Program-made: the position numbers and the translations under genes
Origin: an uncultured Candidatus Saccharibacteria bacterium
GTDB lineage: Bacteria; Patescibacteriota; Minisyncoccia; Phycocordibacterales; UBA9973
Assembly (NCBI GenBank): GCA_964527235.1
Contig: CAZGNC010000001.1
Span: 34,263-81,219 of the forward strand
Length of the DNA stretch: 46,957 nucleotides
Direction of reading: 5' to 3'
In this document: positions 9,008 to 18,876 of the stretch, piece by piece
Layout of the letters: each line of letters opens with the position of its first letter
How positions within the stretch are numbered: position 1 is the first letter of the stretch
The notes under the pieces: model-generated
Database searches by the model: none
What the model saw: the letters and a program-made list of their open reading frames with translations, nothing else
Told to the model about the DNA's origin: nothing

Positions 9008-10051
9008 ATGTTCAAGCATGTTAATACTAAATCCAAAGAAGAGCTTCTGCGCGATCTTGCAAAGGAGACTTTTCGTCGAAAGACCCTGTCTTTTTACCGC
9101 TATGTGAAAATTTCTGATCCGAAAGCAATGCGTGATCGTCTGTATGATAAGTTTGAAGAATTGAAATGTTTAGGGAGAATTTATATAGCAGAGGAAGGCA
9201 TCAATGCGCAGATGAATGTCCCAGAGCACAACTTCGAAGTATTTGATAAATTTATTCAAGGTATCCCAGAGTTCACCGGCGTGCCCTACAAGGTGGCAGT
9301 TGAAGAGAAGGGTATGTCTAGTTTTATAAAGCTTATTGTGAAAGTTCGCCAGAAGATTGTTGCCGATGGACTGGATGATAAAACATTTGACCCATCTAAC
9401 ACTGGAGACTACGCTACGGCCAAAGACGTCAACGACATGATCGATCGCGGGGTCACCGTGATAGATATGCGTAATTTCTACGAGGCGATGATCGGGCATT
9501 TCCAGGGTGCGAAGATTATGGATGTTGATACTTTCAGAGAGCAACTTGCGAAAGTGCACGATATGTTTAAAGAGAAGAAGGATGAAGAAGTGTTGCTTTA
9601 CTGCACTGGAGGCATTCGTTGCGAGAAAGCTTCTGCTTGGATGAAGCACAATGGATTCAAAAATGTAAAACACATCAAGGGTGGAATAATTGATTATGCT
9701 AGGCAAGTGAAAGAGATGGGCCTGCAAAATAAATTTCGCGGTAAGAATTTCGTTTTTGACGAGAGGCTAGGGGAGAAGGTTGGCGAAGAAACTATTTCTG
9801 ATTGCCAGGTCTGCGAAAAAGTTAAATGCGACGAATACATACATTGTAAAAACATACTTTGCCATGTTTTATTTATTTGTTGCCCGGACTGTACGAGCAA
9901 ACTTCGTGGGTATTGCTCAGGGCTCTGTATGTTAAGTGAGAAATTTCCAAAGAAATTAAACCAATTTATATTCCGCAAGAATCGCCAAAAGCACGAAAAT
10001 CAGTACAAGAAGAACTACAAAAAGCTAAAAATCCCTACCACAGTAAAGTAG
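9008..10051 (+). CDS. trhO: Rhodanese-domain tRNA U34 hydroxylase (TrhO/YceA family)
   Basis: GRIYIAEEGINAQ, IDMRNFYE..IGHF, YCTGGIRCEKAS, KGGIIDY, GKNFVFDER, Cys-rich C-terminus. Confidence 0.88.
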   Translation: MFKHVNTKSKEELLRDLAKETFRRKTLSFYRYVKISDPKAMRDRLYDKFEELKCLGRIYIAEEGINAQMNVPEHNFEVFDKFIQGIPEFTGVPYKVAVEEKGMSSFIKLIVKVRQKIVADGLDDKTFDPSNTGDYATAKDVNDMIDRGVTVIDMRNFYEAMIGHFQGAKIMDVDTFREQLAKVHDMFKEKKDEEVLLYCTGGIRCEKASAWMKHNGFKNVKHIKGGIIDYARQVKEMGLQNKFRGKNFVFDERLGEKVGEETISDCQVCEKVKCDEYIHCKNILCHVLFICCPDCTSKLRGYCSGLCMLSEKFPKKLNQFIFRKNRQKHENQYKKNYKKLKIPTTVK

Positions 10052-10083
10052 ATTTTGTGACTATTTTTTGTTATATTGTCTAA

Positions 10084-10794
10084 ATGAATAAAGGTAGCAT
10101 GCATCCGCTTTCGATTCTGACTAATCAAGCATATCAGGCATTTTCAGAGCTTGGTTTCGAGATTGCTATGGGTCCCGAGCTTGAGAGTGAATGGTATAAC
10201 TTTGACGCATTAAACGTAGGTAAAGATCATCCCGCTCGAGATATGCAGGACACTTTCTGGATTAAGGGCCGACCTGGTGACGTGATGCGTACACACTGCA
10301 CTAGTGCGACAGGAAGAGCTCTTGAGCAAGCTCACAAAGACGGCCGAATTCCCGCTGCTTTTATTTCTATTGGTAAAGTTTTTAGAAATGAAGCTACAGA
10401 TATAACTCACGAGATGCAATTCTTTCAGATAGATGGAATCATGGCGGGGAGTATTGAAGACGGAGTGTCCCTCGCCAATTTGAAAGGTGTTTTAACTGAT
10501 TTCTACAAAAAAATGTTGGGGGGCGATGTGGAGGTTGAATTTCGCCCGAGCTTCTTTCCTTTTACTGAGCCGTCACTTGAAGTCTTCGCAAAGTTTAAGG
10601 GTAAATGGCTCGAGATGATGGGAGCGGGGATGCTTCATCCACAAGTTTTGAAAAATCTAGGACTAGACCCTACCAAGGTTCAAGGCTTTGCCTTCGGTGG
10701 CGGGCTTGATCGTATCGCTATGATTAAATGGGGTGTCCCAGATGTCAGACTATTTTATCAGGGAGATTTGAGGCTCAATCAGTTTGAAGAATAA
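10084..10794 (+). CDS. pheS: Phenylalanine-tRNA ligase alpha subunit (catalytic domain only)
   Basis: NFDALN..HPARDMQDTF, FRNE..HEMQFFQ, RPSFFPFTEPS, GFAFGGGLDRIAM. Confidence 0.95.
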   Translation: MNKGSMHPLSILTNQAYQAFSELGFEIAMGPELESEWYNFDALNVGKDHPARDMQDTFWIKGRPGDVMRTHCTSATGRALEQAHKDGRIPAAFISIGKVFRNEATDITHEMQFFQIDGIMAGSIEDGVSLANLKGVLTDFYKKMLGGDVEVEFRPSFFPFTEPSLEVFAKFKGKWLEMMGAGMLHPQVLKNLGLDPTKVQGFAFGGGLDRIAMIKWGVPDVRLFYQGDLRLNQFEE

Positions 10795-10797
10795 TTT

Positions 10798-12612
10798 ATG
10801 AAAATTTCTTACAATTGGCTTAAATGGTATATACCGGATGCACCAGAGGCTGAGAAGCTCGCAGATATTTTCACTTATCATGTTGCAGAAGTAGAGAGCT
10901 TCGATAAGACCGCAAATGGGGATTATATTTTTGATATTAAAATTCTTCCAAACCGTGCGCACGATTTACTTTCTCATCAGGGCATTGCTCGTGAGGTGGC
11001 GTCTTTACTCGGCATTACTTACAACGACCCAACTCCTAAATATAAAATTCCCAAAATAGACCCAAAGACTAAAAAAACTGATTTACAAATAAAAGTTGAA
11101 AGCGATAAATGTCGTCGCTACATGGGACGCATCGTTCGCAATGTGAAAATTGGTCCTAGCCCAGACTGGGTAGTGGGTCATCTCGAGTCGATAGGTCAGC
11201 GCGGAATAAACAACGCCGTGGATGCTGCGAACCTTGTAATGTACGATTGTGGCCAGCCGATACACTGCTTTGACTTGGATAAAGTTTCTGGTGCGCTAAT
11301 CATCCGTCAAGCACGTGACGGTGAAGAAATGACTACACTCGATAATAAACTTGTGAAATTGCAAAGCACCGACCTTGTTATAGCTGATGAGAAAAACGTC
11401 TTGGCTATTGCCGGAGTTAAGGGTGGTAAAGTTGCTGAAGTAGATGCTAATACTAAAAATATAATTATCGAAGTGGCAAACTTCGACCCGACTTCAGTAA
11501 GGAAGACCGCTCAGCGAGCCGGGATATTTACTGACGCACGGAAAAGATTTGAGAATGATTTATCGCCTACACTTTGCGATTTTGCGATGCTTGAGACTTC
11601 AGGGTTGATGATTGAGTACGGTTTTACAGATTTTGAGGACGTTGTGGATGTATATACTGATCTGCCTAAAGAAGAAAAGCTTAAGTTTTCAGTTGATAAG
11701 ATTGCTAAAATCCTAGGTGAAGAAGTTTCTTCTAAGGACATTTCAGAAATTTTGACGAGATACAATATTTCTCATACAGAAGAAGGTGGAGAATTTGAAA
11801 TCACTGTGCCACCAATGCGTTTAGATTTGAGACTTGAAGAAGACATGGCTGAAGAGGTAGGCAGGATTTTGGGCTATGACAAAGTTAAACCTAAACTTCC
11901 AAAGATAAATTTCAAACCCAAAGTTAATGAAACCTTCGCTAAAATCTCATGGGCTCGAAATAAGTTATTTGAAGAAGGGTATTCTGAGGTGATGACTTAT
12001 GCATTTAGAGATACTGGCGAAGTAGAAGTACTTGCCAGTGCTTCAGATAAGAAATTTTTAAGAACGAATTTATCTGATGGGCTAGGGGAGTCTTTAAAAT
12101 TAAATCAATCAAATGCACCGCTGTTGGGATTAAAGGAAGTTAAAATATTTGAAATAGGAACGGTGTTTGGGAAAAACGGAGAGGAGATTCACGTAGCTTA
12201 TGGTGATAAGAAAAAAATTACAGAAGTGAATTTGGATGAATATGTTTCTTCAGCTTCGCTTGATGCTCCTGCTCAGGATCTCCTGCTACGCAACGTCGAC
12301 CGTTCGCAAAAGCATACAAGCGAAGCTTTTAGTATGTGGGCGTTATTTCCATTTATATCCCGTGATGTTGCACTTTGGGTGCCGGAGAATATAAAGAGCG
12401 AAGAAGTCGCAAAGGTAATAAAAGAACATGCAGGGGACTTGGTGGTACGAGGCCCGGAGCTATTTGATGAGTTCAAGAAAGCGGACAAGGTTTCCTATGC
12501 GTTTAGAATTGTTTTTCAGTCTAACGATCGTACTCTAACTGATGCTGAAATAAATGAAGTTATGGAGAAAGTTAATTCTGCCTTAGTAAGCTCTGGCTGG
12601 GAGGTTAGATAG
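10798..12612 (+). CDS. pheT: Phenylalanine-tRNA ligase beta subunit (shortened)
   Basis: MKISYNWLK, PNRAHDLLSH, B3/4 (GQPIHCFD, LAIAGVKGG), B5 (VPPMRLDL..EEVGRILGY), C-terminal FDX-ACB (RDVALWV..LTDAEIN). Confidence 0.95.
   Translation: MKISYNWLKWYIPDAPEAEKLADIFTYHVAEVESFDKTANGDYIFDIKILPNRAHDLLSHQGIAREVASLLGITYNDPTPKYKIPKIDPKTKKTDLQIKVESDKCRRYMGRIVRNVKIGPSPDWVVGHLESIGQRGINNAVDAANLVMYDCGQPIHCFDLDKVSGALIIRQARDGEEMTTLDNKLVKLQSTDLVIADEKNVLAIAGVKGGKVAEVDANTKNIIIEVANFDPTSVRKTAQRAGIFTDARKRFENDLSPTLCDFAMLETSGLMIEYGFTDFEDVVDVYTDLPKEEKLKFSVDKIAKILGEEVSSKDISEILTRYNISHTEEGGEFEITVPPMRLDLRLEEDMAEEVGRILGYDKVKPKLPKINFKPKVNETFAKISWARNKLFEEGYSEVMTYAFRDTGEVEVLASASDKKFLRTNLSDGLGESLKLNQSNAPLLGLKEVKIFEIGTVFGKNGEEIHVAYGDKKKITEVNLDEYVSSASLDAPAQDLLLRNVDRSQKHTSEAFSMWALFPFISRDVALWVPENIKSEEVAKVIKEHAGDLVVRGPELFDEFKKADKVSYAFRIVFQSNDRTLTDAEINEVMEKVNSALVSSGWEVR
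12252..12327. repeat. 76-bp palindromic element inside the pheT coding sequence
   Basis: Arms AGCTTCGCTTG (12252-62) and CAAGCGAAGCT (12317-27), plus ATGCT/AGCAT, enclose two small hairpins. Confidence 0.75.
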
Positions 12613-12627
12613 TTTTCCACAGGGGTC

Positions 12628-12827
12628 TTGTTTTTTATTCATAATTAAATATACTGATATTGTGAACGCACACGCATATATTAATAAGCAAGTTAAGGCA
12701 GCCAATCTCGTCTGCTTTATTTGCATTATTAATAAGCCTTAGAAGGCTGATGCTTGCGCTGTAAAAACTCTCTCGAACTTACAACCCAAACACCAGCCTT
12801 CTAGTAAAGAAGGCTTTGTTGTTCTTT
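12628..12827 (+). promoter_or_regulatory. Sigma70-like promoter and structured attenuator-like leader of the micro-ORF island
   Basis: TTGTTT-16-TATACT (12628-12655); long hairpin 12679-12734; mutually exclusive stems 12740-49/12794-803 versus 12795-802/12808-15 followed by a T-rich tract. Confidence 0.55.
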
Positions 12828-12882
12828 GGGTGTGAGCTGGTGAGCGTAAGCTCCTCACACCTGCGATGTTCCTGCCGGGAGG
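12828..12882 (+). ncRNA. Structured cis-RNA motif, copy 1 (Alu-domain-like topology, SD inside the 3' stem)
   Basis: GGTGTGAG/CTCACACC stem, CTGGT bulge, GAGC-GTAA-GCTC hairpin, TGCGA linker, TTCC-TGCCG-GGAG stem-loop. Near-identical copy at 13122. Confidence 0.7.
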
Positions 12883-12888
12883 AAGAGC

Positions 12889-13110
12889 ATGTCCGACCCA
12901 ACAAGGTTTTGCTCTAGGTGCAAGGAGGAGTACGATCCTAAGCTTGGCCACATCTGCCGGCTCTCTCACGTGCTTGAGCCTCGTCTTGAGGGCGAGACCA
13001 GATCGGATGCGGAGAGGCACGAGGCAGCGAGGTTGAGTCGCATCTCAGACGAGGTGAAGAGTGGTGGTATCAGAACCGGATGGGGTTTCAATGGGGTCGC
13101 AAACCCGTAG
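12889..13110 (+). CDS. Orphan 73-aa protein with a CxxC...HxC putative zinc site
   Basis: GGGAGG SD shortly before ATG; CSRC-x9-HIC. Confidence 0.6.
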   Translation: MSDPTRFCSRCKEEYDPKLGHICRLSHVLEPRLEGETRSDAERHEAARLSRISDEVKSGGIRTGWGFNGVANP

Positions 13111-13121
13111 TTCCTGTATCT

Positions 13122-13175
13122 GGGTATGAGCTGGTGAGCGCAAGCTCCTCATGCCTGTAGTTTTCTGCCGGGAGG
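13122..13175 (+). ncRNA. Structured cis-RNA motif, copy 2
   Basis: GGTATGAG/CTCATGCC stem (compensatory changes versus copy 1), CTGGT bulge, GAGC-GCAA-GCTC, TGTAG linker, TTTTC-TGCCG-GGAGG stem-loop. Confidence 0.7.
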
Positions 13176-13184
13176 GCTTTACTG

Positions 13185-13358
13185 ATGGAGATGTTTGGCA
13201 AGCAGTTTCGCGATGAAGACGAGGGGGCAAATGCAGTAGGCTTTAGCCGTGTAGTCGGCGACAAGAAGCCGACAACCCCGGAGACTGTGGCGAAGAAAGA
13301 AGAGCCCACGGACCCCAGGAAGCCGGCCTCACTCGGAGGCTGGTCGAAGTATCAGTAG
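13185..13358 (+). CDS. Orphan 57-aa charged, Pro-rich protein (MEMFGKQFRDEDEG...GGWSKYQ)
   Basis: Below the ORF-track cutoff; translated by hand. SD GGAGG 9 nt before ATG, the same position relative to the motif as ORF 12889. Confidence 0.55.
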   Translation: MEMFGKQFRDEDEGANAVGFSRVVGDKKPTTPETVAKKEEPTDPRKPASLGGWSKYQ

Positions 13359-13396
13359 GGTATTGCAACAAGCACCAAAGCGGTGCATCAAAGCGT

Positions 13397-13431
13397 GCGG
13401 GAGTGATCGATGATGATCACTCCCGCTTTTT
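13397..13431 (+). terminator. Intrinsic terminator ending the two-ORF unit
   Basis: Perfect 12-bp stem GCGGGAGTGATC/GATCACTCCCGC followed by TTTTT. Confidence 0.85.
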
Positions 13432-13534
13432 GTTTTGTTGCATTGCTCTGAAAAAGTAGTATATTTCTTAATTGTATTAGTACCTCTGTGTGTAACATAC
13501 CCACAGAGCACACTTGATCCATCGGAGGCACGAG

Positions 13535-13711
13535 ATGCACATCAGGTCAGAGATAACTGGGTATGACAAGGATGCTGTTCGCTCCTGGATGCATGCTCGC
13601 ACCAAGGACGTCTTGTATCCCCCCATTCGTTCAAAGAGGGCGATCATGGACGCCGTGAGTGCACGACTCGCGATTTACTTGGCTGAGGCCAGGGAGCCGT
13701 GGGAGCAGTAG
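13535..13711 (+). CDS. Orphan 58-aa protein (MHIRSEITGYDKDAV...REPWEQ)
   Basis: GGAGG 6 nt before ATG 13535; candidate promoter TTGCAT-16-TATATT (13438-65); followed by a terminator-like hairpin. Confidence 0.55.
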   Translation: MHIRSEITGYDKDAVRSWMHARTKDVLYPPIRSKRAIMDAVSARLAIYLAEAREPWEQ

Positions 13712-13716
13712 AACAA

Positions 13717-13756
13717 GGACCGGCACGCGATACGTGTGCCGGTCCGCAGTTTTTTA
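13717..13756 (+). terminator. Terminator-like hairpin between the island and gyrB
   Basis: 13-bp stem GGACCGGCACGCG/CGTGTGCCGGTCC (one G-U), then GCAGTTTTTT. Confidence 0.7.
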
Positions 13757-13768
13757 CCCCTAAAATAA

Positions 13769-16074
<2,306 letters not shown>

Positions 16075-16091
16075 AATTTTATTTTATCACA

Positions 16092-16754
16092 CTAAGGGCA
16101 AGTGGTGGCTCCATTAGGCAAGGAGGTGGCTTCTCGGGCGGCGCCAGTATAGTCTACACAAAAACCAGCGTTTGGAGTTTGGGGGTTTCTCAGTGAGGAA
16201 ATAGCCGCCCATGACATTGAGTTATCGTGGCAGATAGTAGACGAACTAGCCCCGTATTGACTGTATATAAAGTCTCCTTTTTCGGGTATATTTTTTCTAT
16301 TAAATGCTCTGGCTGCTGCTTGCATCTGTTCTAATATTCCGTCCTTAGAAGTGCAGACTCCTGCGTATGTACCTTGTTTTTCCTGATACAAAGTTGCAAG
16401 TACTCGGGCATTGGCCATATTGGCTTTTACCATAGCATCACAGCCTTTTGATCTAGAGCTATTGATAATTGAACCCATTATCAATATGTAAATAATAAAT
16501 ATGATAAATGTAAGAGTGATTATTTTTACTATTCTAGTAATAGAGCGAAAATATTTAAAGTCCAATACAAACAATACGAGTAAGACTAGTCCCGCTAAAA
16601 CTTTTATAGCTATCACTGGTCCTAGTTTCTGTGTGCAAGGTATACTAGATAAAATAAGTGCTGGAATAAAAAAGATAAGAACAAAGTTTATGATACTAAA
16701 CGAAAGCCATTCGAATAGCGCCTTTAGTTTTAAATTGTTATTAACATGAGGCAT
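16092..16754 (-). CDS. Membrane protein with a C-terminal type IV pilin-like globular domain
   Basis: Three hydrophobic segments, then SRSKGCDAMVKANMANARVLA..YAGVC..SWAAIS..FCVDYTG, resembling CPR pilin globular domains (recalled, not searched). Confidence 0.6.
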   Translation of the reverse strand: MPHVNNNLKLKALFEWLSFSIINFVLIFFIPALILSSIPCTQKLGPVIAIKVLAGLVLLVLFVLDFKYFRSITRIVKIITLTFIIFIIYILIMGSIINSSRSKGCDAMVKANMANARVLATLYQEKQGTYAGVCTSKDGILEQMQAAARAFNRKNIPEKGDFIYSQYGASSSTICHDNSMSWAAISSLRNPQTPNAGFCVDYTGAAREATSLPNGATTCP

Positions 16755-18506
16755 CTATTTTTTACTTTTTATTTCTTCTAAAAACTTGTTCAGCAATTCT
16801 TCTTTAGAGATTTGACCTAGCTGTCCCGCATCACGAGACTCGAGGGTGATGAGGCCCGCTTCGATTTCTTTGTCACCAATAACTATCCAGTATGGGAGTT
16901 TGTTGTTTTTCGCATCGCGAACTTTTGAACCAAGATTTTCGTCTGCGTTATCTAATTCTGCGCGGATATTGTTCTCTTGAAGCATTTCGTAAACTTTCTG
17001 CGCATATTCATTGTGATTCTCACGCACAGGAATAATTTTCACTTGCACAGGGGCAACCCAGAAAGGGAAGGCGCCGGCAGTGTGTTCGATGAGGATCGAT
17101 AGGAATCTATCAATCGAACCCATGATAGCAGCGTGGAGCATAACGATTCTTTCTTTTTCACCTTTTTCATTTATACAGAATAGATCGAAGCGTTCTGGTT
17201 GATTCATGTCGAGCTGGATTGTGGCTACTTGCCATTCTCGGCCGATTGCGTCCTTTGCCATGAAGTCTAATTTTGGTCCATAGAAAGCAGCTTCACCGAC
17301 ACCTTCGAACCACTCAATGTTTTTTGAAGTTACAATTTCTCTCAATACTCCCTCAGCGTGTTCCCACTTATCTTTACCGCCGAGGTATTTCTCAGGTTCT
17401 TTTGGGTCATGTAGAGAAAGTCTGACTCGCATAGAGAAGCCGAAGGCTCCGTAGAATTCTTGTACGATGTCCCAGATTTTGAGGAATTCTTCTTTGGCTT
17501 GAATCATGCGACAGAATACATGAGCATCGTCTTGGGTGAAGCTTCGTACACGAGAAAGTCCAGAAAGTTCTCCAGTCTGCTCATCGCGATAGCAGGTGGT
17601 AGAGTTGCAATACCTCTGAGGTAGTTCTCGATAGCTCCATTGCTTGCGGTCATATATCTGAGTGTGGTGCGGGCAGTTCATCGGCTTCATCGCGAACTCA
17701 TGGCCTTCTCGAGTCGTGATGCGGAAAAGTTCGGTTTTGAATTTATCCCAATGTCCACTCTTTTCATAAAGTTCCTTTTTGGTTATGTGAGGGATTTCTA
17801 CTTTTTCGTAGCCTCGTTTCTTTCGAAGTTCCCATACAAAATCATCTAATAGATTGCGCAAAATCGCCCCCTTTGGAGTCCACAGCGGAAGTCCTGGTCC
17901 AACTAGGTCTGAAAATACGAACAAATCTAGTTCCTTGCCTAGTTTCTTGTGGTCTCGTTTCTCAGCTTCTTCTTTTTGTTTTACATATGCCTCGAGTTCT
18001 GCTTTGGTTTCAAATGCTAATCCATAAATACGAGTGAGCATTTTATTCTTCTCATCTCCACGCCAGTAAGCCCCAGCTACGCGGTCGAGCTTGAAGGCCT
18101 CGGGGTCGATATCTTTGCTTGGGTTTTCCAAGTGTCCACCTCGGCAGAGGTCAGTGAAGCCCCCGCAGGTGTAAGTAGTGATTTTCTCTCCACGTTCAGC
18201 GATCTCATTTATTAATTCTTGTTTATACTCATTGTTGAAGAATTTCAACGCTTCGTCCTTGCTTACTTCTTTATGTTCCCATTCGGTCCACTTAGGAAGT
18301 TTTTTACGCATTACATCCTCTATCTTTTGTAGGTTAGAGTCAGAGATTTTTTCTCCCCCGAAATCAATATCATAGTAGAAGCCATTGTCGATAGCAGGCC
18401 CCAGGGTGAGTTTCACTTTATCAAATTTATATATTTCGCCGACAGCACTCGCGAGCAGGTGAGCCAGGGTATGGCGCATGTGTTCTAGTTTTTGATTGTC
18501 TTTCAT
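16755..18506 (-). CDS. thrS: Threonine-tRNA ligase (no N-terminal TGS domain)
   Basis: RHTLAHLL, DLCRGGH, RDHKKLG, KPMNCPHH, RVRSFTQDDAH, GEAAFYGPKLD. Confidence 0.97.
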   Translation of the reverse strand: MKDNQKLEHMRHTLAHLLASAVGEIYKFDKVKLTLGPAIDNGFYYDIDFGGEKISDSNLQKIEDVMRKKLPKWTEWEHKEVSKDEALKFFNNEYKQELINEIAERGEKITTYTCGGFTDLCRGGHLENPSKDIDPEAFKLDRVAGAYWRGDEKNKMLTRIYGLAFETKAELEAYVKQKEEAEKRDHKKLGKELDLFVFSDLVGPGLPLWTPKGAILRNLLDDFVWELRKKRGYEKVEIPHITKKELYEKSGHWDKFKTELFRITTREGHEFAMKPMNCPHHTQIYDRKQWSYRELPQRYCNSTTCYRDEQTGELSGLSRVRSFTQDDAHVFCRMIQAKEEFLKIWDIVQEFYGAFGFSMRVRLSLHDPKEPEKYLGGKDKWEHAEGVLREIVTSKNIEWFEGVGEAAFYGPKLDFMAKDAIGREWQVATIQLDMNQPERFDLFCINEKGEKERIVMLHAAIMGSIDRFLSILIEHTAGAFPFWVAPVQVKIIPVRENHNEYAQKVYEMLQENNIRAELDNADENLGSKVRDAKNNKLPYWIVIGDKEIEAGLITLESRDAGQLGQISKEELLNKFLEEIKSKK

Positions 18507-18595
18507 AAGGTTTATGATAGCAGTTTTTTAACTTTTTACCAGGTCTTCTATGAGTCGTTTGCAATTTGAGCCTTATATGCTAATATATAGAAATT

Positions 18596-18823
18596 ATGGT
18601 AGTACGAATGAGACATACAAAATCACATACGGCAAACAGGCGCTCTCATCACGCGTTGGCAAAGACTATATTTGCTAAGTGTGACAACTGTGGTACAGCA
18701 AAGAAGGGACACACTGTGTGCAAGTCTTGTGGTTTTTATCGAGGTAAAAAAGTCATAGATTTGGTTAAAAAGGCGGAAAAGAAGGCTAAGAAAGCAAAGG
18801 CAAAAACAGCAGACGCTAAGTAG
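18596..18823 (+). CDS. rpmF: 50S ribosomal protein L32 (zinc-binding type)
   Basis: RRSHHAL..CDNCG..HTVCKSCGFYRGK. Confidence 0.9.
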   Translation: MVVRMRHTKSHTANRRSHHALAKTIFAKCDNCGTAKKGHTVCKSCGFYRGKKVIDLVKKAEKKAKKAKAKTADAK

Positions 18824-18876
18824 CACAGAAGTGTTAGTAGCTTGTGTTTTGAATTTAAATTTTCGTTCATTAATTT

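Noticed and set aside
10052-10083. T-box leaders for pheS and thrS; yybP-ykoY riboswitch for the TerC gene
   Set aside because: There is no room: pheS and thrS have a -10 box 6-7 nt before the start, and the TerC gene overlaps truB.
12613-12621. DnaA-box matches (TTTTCCACA at 12613, TTTTTCACA at 37401) as a replication origin near gyrB
   Set aside because: Isolated single boxes with no cluster, unwinding element or dnaA/dnaN nearby.
12828-13175. Repeat motif as a hammerhead ribozyme, ZTP riboswitch or full SRP RNA gene
   Set aside because: CTGGTGA resembles CUGANGA but no GAAA follows stem II; the ZTP core and 3' CGCCUGGG element are absent; no SRP S-domain helix 8 pattern appears downstream.
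12739-13309. Minus-strand ORFs across the island (93, 61 and 73 aa)
   Set aside because: Their shared peptide (RSLRSPAHTQ) is just the reverse complement of the repeat; SD sites, promoter and terminators all point to the plus strand.
12828-13360. CRISPR array or integron cassette array
   Set aside because: Only two repeats, separated by about 240 bp of coding sequence; no cas or intI gene; no attC RYYYAAC/GTTRRRY boxes.
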